From Myxococcota bacterium (GTDB taxonomy: Bacteria; Myxococcota_A; UBA796; SXON01), in contig JAZKFH010000025.1 of NCBI GenBank assembly GCA_040386535.1, positions 96,001-160,000 on the forward strand: a DNA stretch of 64,000 nt, read 5' to 3'. The first letter of the stretch is position 1, and each line of letters starts with the position of its first letter. The notes under the pieces were generated by a model. The model did not search any database. It saw only the letters and a list, made by a program, of their open reading frames with translations, and was not told the origin of the DNA. Made by a program: the position numbers and the translations under genes. Below are positions 59,170 through 64,000 of this stretch, piece after piece.

Positions 59170-59658
59170 ATGCCCGTGTCCGTCAGCAAGCAAGGGGTCA
59201 AGCACCCCCTCCGCCCGGTGTCCACCGACGCGCGCGCGCTCCTCAAGCACCTCGGCAAGCCGAAGGCCGAGCTCTCCATCCTGTTGTGTGACGACGCGTT
59301 CATTCGCGACCTGAACGCCCAGTGGCGCCAGAAGGACGAGCCCACCGACGTGTTGTCGTTCGCGATGGGGGAGGGGGAGGGGGCCGACGTAAACCCCGAT
59401 CTGCTCGGCGACATCGTGATCTCCGTGGAGACCGCGGCGCGCCAGGGCGCCGCCCTGGGCCTCACGCTCGACCAGGAGATCCGGGTGCTCCTCGTCCACG
59501 GCCTGCTCCACCTCCTCGGCTATGACCACATCGATCCCGCCGACGCCCCCGAGATGCGCGCCCGCGAAGCCGAGCTCCTCGCGGTCCTCGGCGGCGGAAC
59601 CGGGCTCGTCGACCGCGGGGGAGACGGAGAGGTGGTTTCACGCGACGGGGCGGGATAA
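59170..59658 (+). CDS. ybeY: rRNA maturation endoribonuclease YbeY
   Basis: PTDVLSF, LGDIVIS, HGLLHLLGYDH. Confidence 0.96.
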   Translation: MPVSVSKQGVKHPLRPVSTDARALLKHLGKPKAELSILLCDDAFIRDLNAQWRQKDEPTDVLSFAMGEGEGADVNPDLLGDIVISVETAARQGAALGLTLDQEIRVLLVHGLLHLLGYDHIDPADAPEMRAREAELLAVLGGGTGLVDRGGDGEVVSRDGAG

Positions 59659-59667
59659 ACGCGCGCC

Positions 59668-60805
59668 ATGGCCAGCACCGTCGACCTCCCCGCCCTCGCC
59701 TCCACTCTCCGTGAGCGCCTCGTGTCGCTCCGGGGGCATCTTTGACGTAGACGGGAAGCTCGAGCAGATCGCGGATCTCGACCGTCAGGCCGCCATCCCC
59801 GAGTTCTGGAACGACGCGAAGCGCGCCCGTGAGATCCTCAAGAAGAAGACCCAGATGGAGAAGGGCGTCCGCCTTTTCCAGGAGTCGTGGGGTCGCCTCG
59901 AGGACGCGGAGACCTACCTGGAGCTCGCCGACGAGGAGGGGGATCCCTCCATCGCGAAAGAGGCGGGTGTCGCGTTGGAGCGCCTCGAGGGTGAGCTGCG
60001 CGCGATGGAGATCCGCCGCATGCTCGGGGAGGAGAGCGACGACGCGGGCGCCATCCTCGAGGTGAACTCGGGGGCGGGCGGCACCGACGCCGCCGACTGG
60101 GCCGACATGCTCAAGCGGATGTACCTCCGCTGGGCCGACCGGATGGGCTTCAAGGTCAAGATCATCGACGAGCAGCTGCACGAGGAGGCGGGGATCCGCT
60201 CCTGCACGCTGGAGGTCGAGGGTGACTACGCGTACGGCTACCTCAAGGGCGAGATCGGCGTGCACCGCCTCGTCCGCATCAGCCCGTTCGACTCGAACGC
60301 GCGCCGTCACACCGCGTTCGCCTCTGTGGCCGCCTACCCGGACATCGAGGAGGACATCGAGGTCGTGATCCTGGAGAAGGATCTCCGCATCGACACCTTC
60401 CGCTCCGGCGGGCCGGGCGGGCAGAGCGTCAACACGACCGACTCGGCGGTGCGCATCGTGCACAACCCGACCGGGATCGTGGTGCAGTGCCAGAACGAGA
60501 AGTCGCAGCTCAAGAACCGCTCCACCGCGATGAAGATGTTGCGGGTGAAGCTGTACCAGCTCGAGCTGGAGCGCCGGCAGTCCGAGCGCGACCTCGTCAA
60601 CGCGACGAAGAAGAAGATCGAGTGGGGTAGCCAGATCCGCAGCTACGTGCTCCAGCCCTACCGCCTCGTGAAGGACGTGCGTACCGGCATGGAGACGGGG
60701 GACACCGACGCGTTCCTCGACGGGCGGATCCTCCCCTTCATGGAGCAGTACCTGGTCGCACGCGCGAACGGCACGCTCGGTGAGGGCGGCGCGGGCGACG
60801 AGTAG
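59668..60805 (+). CDS. prfB: Peptide chain release factor 2 with programmed +1 frameshift
   Basis: ATG 59668 ... CTT TGA C at 59740-59746; SPF and GGQ motifs in the +1 frame. Confidence 0.97.
59731..59746 (+). promoter_or_regulatory. RF2 autoregulatory frameshift cassette
   Basis: CGGGGG-CAT-CTT-TGA-C: internal SD-like element, slippery codon and UGA. Confidence 0.93.
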
Positions 60806-60830
60806 CCGCGTGGGCTCCTTTTCCGCGGAG

Positions 60831-61724
60831 GTGTCCGGAGCGTCGTTCTTCGAGCGCGTGAAGTCGCTCCCGATGCTGGGGATCGGGGTGTCGACCGAGT
60901 ACGGCGCTCGCGACGCGCCGGGCGCGCTCGATCCCGCGGCGTTGCGGGCGGCGCATCCGCGGTGGGGCGCGTTTCTCGAGGTGGGTGTCGAGATCGCGAA
61001 GGGCCTGGACGCGGACGCCCGCGCCTGGGCCGCGAACGGCTGGCCGACCACCTACCACTTCCTCGACGTGAACCTGGACGAGCCCGCGGACCTCGATCCA
61101 CGCTGGCTCGACGCGGTGCGGGCCACGATCGATGTGCTCGATCCTGCCTGGCTCTGCGGCGACGCTGGCCTCTGGCACTTCGGCGCCCGCGAGCGCGGCC
61201 ACATGTTGCTCCTGCCCCCGATCCTCACGGCGGATGCCGCGCGGGGGATGGCCGAGGGCATCGTGGCGCTGCGCGCGGCCACCGGCAGGGAGGTGCTCCC
61301 CGAGAACCCGCCCGGCGTGGCCTTCGTGGGGGACCTGACGCTGCTCGACTTCTTCGCGCGCGTTGCCGAGGCCGCCGACACCGGGCTCCTGCTCGATCTG
61401 TCCCACCTCGCGATCTACCAGCACCTGCACGGGCGCGACGTCCTCCATGGCCTCGACGCCTTCCCGGCCGAGCGCGTGGTCGAGATCCACCTCGCCGGCG
61501 GCGTGGAGCGGGAGGCGGGGGGCTTCCGTTGGATCGAGGACGAGCACGGCACCACGCTCCGCCCCGAGGTGTGGCGCCTCCTCGACGCGCTCGCGCCGCG
61601 CCTGACGAACCTCAAGGCCGTCGTCCTCGAGTGCGAGCGCAACCCGATCGCCCAGGTGGCGCCGCTGTTCGCGCAGCTCGAGCGCCGTCTCGGGAGCTGG
61701 GCCGCCCCCTCCGGGGCGTCGTGA
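60831..61724 (+). CDS. DUF692-family multinuclear non-heme iron oxidative enzyme (MNIO)
   Basis: LLPP, ENP, GLLLDLSH, EIHLAGG, DEH, VW.L, VLE; start could be 60810-60873. Confidence 0.85.
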   Translation: MSGASFFERVKSLPMLGIGVSTEYGARDAPGALDPAALRAAHPRWGAFLEVGVEIAKGLDADARAWAANGWPTTYHFLDVNLDEPADLDPRWLDAVRATIDVLDPAWLCGDAGLWHFGARERGHMLLLPPILTADAARGMAEGIVALRAATGREVLPENPPGVAFVGDLTLLDFFARVAEAADTGLLLDLSHLAIYQHLHGRDVLHGLDAFPAERVVEIHLAGGVEREAGGFRWIEDEHGTTLRPEVWRLLDALAPRLTNLKAVVLECERNPIAQVAPLFAQLERRLGSWAAPSGAS

Positions 61725-62494
61725 CCCCGCCCGACCTGCAGCGTGTCGTGGTGCGCATGCTCTACGATCCCGCGCTGGTCGAGCGGATCTACGGGGGCGC
61801 CCCGGTCGAGGGCCTGGATCCCGCGGCCCGCGCGCACCTCACCCGGGTCGATCGCAGGGCCTGGGCCACCGACCCCTACCGCCGCGCGCGCACCCTCCAG
61901 GCGCTGCTCGAGGAGTTCCCGGCCTCCGCGGCCGAGGTGGGCGTGTCCGGCCTGGACCGCTTCTTCGGGGAGCGGGCCTTCCATGCCGCGATCCAGGCGA
62001 GAGGGTCGTTGGCGGAGGCCTTCGGGGCGTGGATCGCGCCGATGGCAGGGCCGGTGGCCGAGATCGAGCGCGCCGTTGTCGCCGTCCGCCGGGCCGCCGA
62101 GAAGCCACTTCCCGTGTTGGAAGCTGGTACCTTGCTTTGCGCCGGGACGGTCGTTCCCCTCGCGCTCCCCACGGGCACGTGCGCGCGCTGGGAGGGCCTC
62201 CGCGCCGCGCTCGCCCCCGAGCCTGTCCCGCGGCTCCTCGCCGGCTTCCGCGCCCCCGCGCGGGCCCCTGCGGCGAAGCGGGCGCCCGTCGAGCACCTCC
62301 TGGTAGAGCGTGGCGCGGACGGCGAAGGAGTCGGGCATGGCAGCCTCGGGCTGCACGAGCTGCTGGTCCGCGCGCGCCGGCCGGTCCTCCGGCGCGTGTT
62401 GCACCGGGAGGCCCTCCGTCACGGGGCCAAGCCCGCGGAGGCGGACGAGATCCTCGACGGCCTCGTGAGCGACGGGCTGCTGATCGGCGGGTGA
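61721..62494 (+). CDS. Probable MNIO partner protein (DUF2063-like position)
   Basis: GTGA overlap; R...L..L.EEFP.S N-terminal pattern; C-terminal winged-helix-like L..LV.DGLL. Confidence 0.6.
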   Translation: MTPPDLQRVVVRMLYDPALVERIYGGAPVEGLDPAARAHLTRVDRRAWATDPYRRARTLQALLEEFPASAAEVGVSGLDRFFGERAFHAAIQARGSLAEAFGAWIAPMAGPVAEIERAVVAVRRAAEKPLPVLEAGTLLCAGTVVPLALPTGTCARWEGLRAALAPEPVPRLLAGFRAPARAPAAKRAPVEHLLVERGADGEGVGHGSLGLHELLVRARRPVLRRVLHREALRHGAKPAEADEILDGLVSDGLLIGG

Positions 62495-62603
62495 GGCGAC
62501 GCCGCGATCGCCGCGCCGCGATCGCCCGGGGACACGGGTTGGAAGCGCGACGCGGTGCGGGCGGCACGGACCTTGCTCTACTCTCCTCCCTGCTGGAGTC
62601 TGC

Positions 62604-63140
62604 ATGACGCTCTTCCACCGCTCGGCCCTCGCCGGGACGCTCGCCCTCGTGCTCTCCGGCTGCGGCTCCGCGCACAGCATGCTGCTCATGGCCGACACCG
62701 CCATGGAGTGCACCAGAGACAGGGAGGGGGTCCCACGGCGCGGCTTCGTCGACGACCTGCAGCCGGAAGGCTGCGGCTACACGGTGGGCGCCGTCGACGA
62801 GCCAGGGAACACGCAGCTCGTTCTCGACGTACCAGCGTTCGCGGACGCCGCGGCGGGAAACCCCGCGTCCGTCGTGTACACGCTCCCGGACGCCGCCGTG
62901 CGCCTCGAGGTGCTCGTCGGGTGCGGCCTTGGGGAGGACTGGTGCGGAGAGGACCGGGGGAGCGGGTCCCTCTCCCGCACCTTCACCCCCACGTCCGGCA
63001 CGCTGACGGTCGACGTGACGCCCGACGGCGACGAGGCTGACGCGGTCGTGATCCTCGACGACGTAGAGCTCGAGGACGAGTCCGGGGAGACCGTCGTGGT
63101 CGACACCACGTGGGACGTGCGGCTGTACGCCGCACACTAG
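62604..63140 (+). CDS. Acidic lipoprotein with four additional Cys
   Basis: LSGC lipobox; GGAG RBS. Confidence 0.7.
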   Translation: MTLFHRSALAGTLALVLSGCGSAHSMLLMADTAMECTRDREGVPRRGFVDDLQPEGCGYTVGAVDEPGNTQLVLDVPAFADAAAGNPASVVYTLPDAAVRLEVLVGCGLGEDWCGEDRGSGSLSRTFTPTSGTLTVDVTPDGDEADAVVILDDVELEDESGETVVVDTTWDVRLYAAH

Positions 63141-63179
63141 CCAACAACAGGCCGAGCGGCGGGTTAGACCGCGCCCGCC

Positions 63180-64000
63180 ATGTACACCTTCGATCCCGAA
63201 CGCCTCGACAAGGTCCACGCGCTGGAAGCCGATGGCGTCCGCACGTACCCCTCCGCCTCGCCCGTCACCCACACATCCGAGGACGTGCGCACCGCCGCCG
63301 AGGGCCAGCCCGACGAGGCCCTGGAGGGCCTGGGCCTCTTCGTGCTCGCGGGGCGGCTCCTGTTCAAGAACGAGATGGGGAAGGCCGGCTTCGGCCGCCT
63401 GCTCGATCGGGACGGGCGCGTGCAGGTGTACGTGAAGAAGGACGAGGTGGGCGAGCCCGCCTTCGCGCTCTGGAAGAAGTTCGACCTCGGCGACATCGTG
63501 TACGTCGAGGGCACGCTGATGCGCACGCGCACGGGCGAGCTCACGGTCAAGGTCGCGACGATCCGCCTGCTGGCGAAGTGTACGGCGTCCCTGCCCGACA
63601 AGTTCCACGGCATCGCCGATCCGGAGCTCCGGCAGCGCCAGCGCTACCTCGACCTGTTCATGAACGACGAGACCCGGGAGACCTTCCGGCGCCGCTCGCA
63701 GATCGTTCGGTACATCCGGAACTTCTTCGAGGCGCGGGCGTACCTCGAGGTCGAGACCCCGATGATGCACCCCATCCCCGGGGGCGCCACCGCGCGGCCG
63801 TTCGTGACCCACCACAACGCGCTGGATACGGACCTTTTCCTCCGCATCGCGCCCGAGCTGTACCTCAAGCGGCTCGTGGTCGGCGGGTTCGAGCGGGTGT
63901 TCGAGATCAACCGGAACTTCCGCAACGAGGGCATCGACTCGACGCACAACCCCGAGTTCACGATGCTCGAGTGGTACCAGGCGCACGCCACCTGGCGGGA
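63180..64000 (+). CDS. lysS: Lysyl-tRNA synthetase (class II), truncated by the window end
   Basis: AGR...[49 protein letters not shown]. Confidence 0.97.
   Translation, partial: MYTFDPERLDKVHALEADGVRTYPSASPVTHTSEDVRTAAEGQPDEALEGLGLFVLAGRLLFKNEMGKAGFGRLLDRDGRVQVYVKKDEVGEPAFALWKKFDLGDIVYVEGTLMRTRTGELTVKVATIRLLAKCTASLPDKFHGIADPELRQRQRYLDLFMNDETRETFRRRSQIVRYIRNFFEARAYLEVETPMMHPIPGGATARPFVTHHNALDTDLFLRIAPELYLKRLVVGGFERVFEINRNFRNEGIDSTHNPEFTMLEWYQAHATWR

Noticed and set aside
59668..59745. prfB pseudogene (early TGA)
   Set aside because: The stop is part of the conserved programmed frameshift

Overview
Very GC-rich bacterial chromosomal window, by gene content and protein style most like Myxococcota/deltaproteobacteria (inference). 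It is densely coding, with about 60 CDS and two tRNAs (Arg-CCG, Ala-CGC). I saw no integrase, transposase or CRISPR array. The right third is mostly housekeeping: csrA-like, queA-tgt-yajC-secD-secF, ihfB, PIN-PhoH, birA, coaX, phoH, 7TM-HD, ybeY, prfB with its +1 frameshift, and a partial lysS. The best candidate for an undescribed system is a five-gene minus-strand chaperone module at 34013-41115: an Hsp70-vWA fusion, a GrpE-like protein, a second lidless Hsp70, a membrane-spanning protein with two HPD-less J-like domains, and a TPR-zincin protease. Other notable elements are a tandem Hfq/Sm-like protein next to a split RdgC pair; a giant TPR/alpha-2-macroglobulin-like protein divergent from two paralogous membrane proteins (one with LysM); a catalytically degenerate biotin-carboxylase homolog followed by two M14 peptidase homologs with complementary active-site losses; and a divergent DUF692 (MNIO) pair between prfB and lysS. 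A 59-aa small protein missing from the ORF track and several apparent leaderless promoters were also found. All assignments come from reading motifs by eye; no searches were run.
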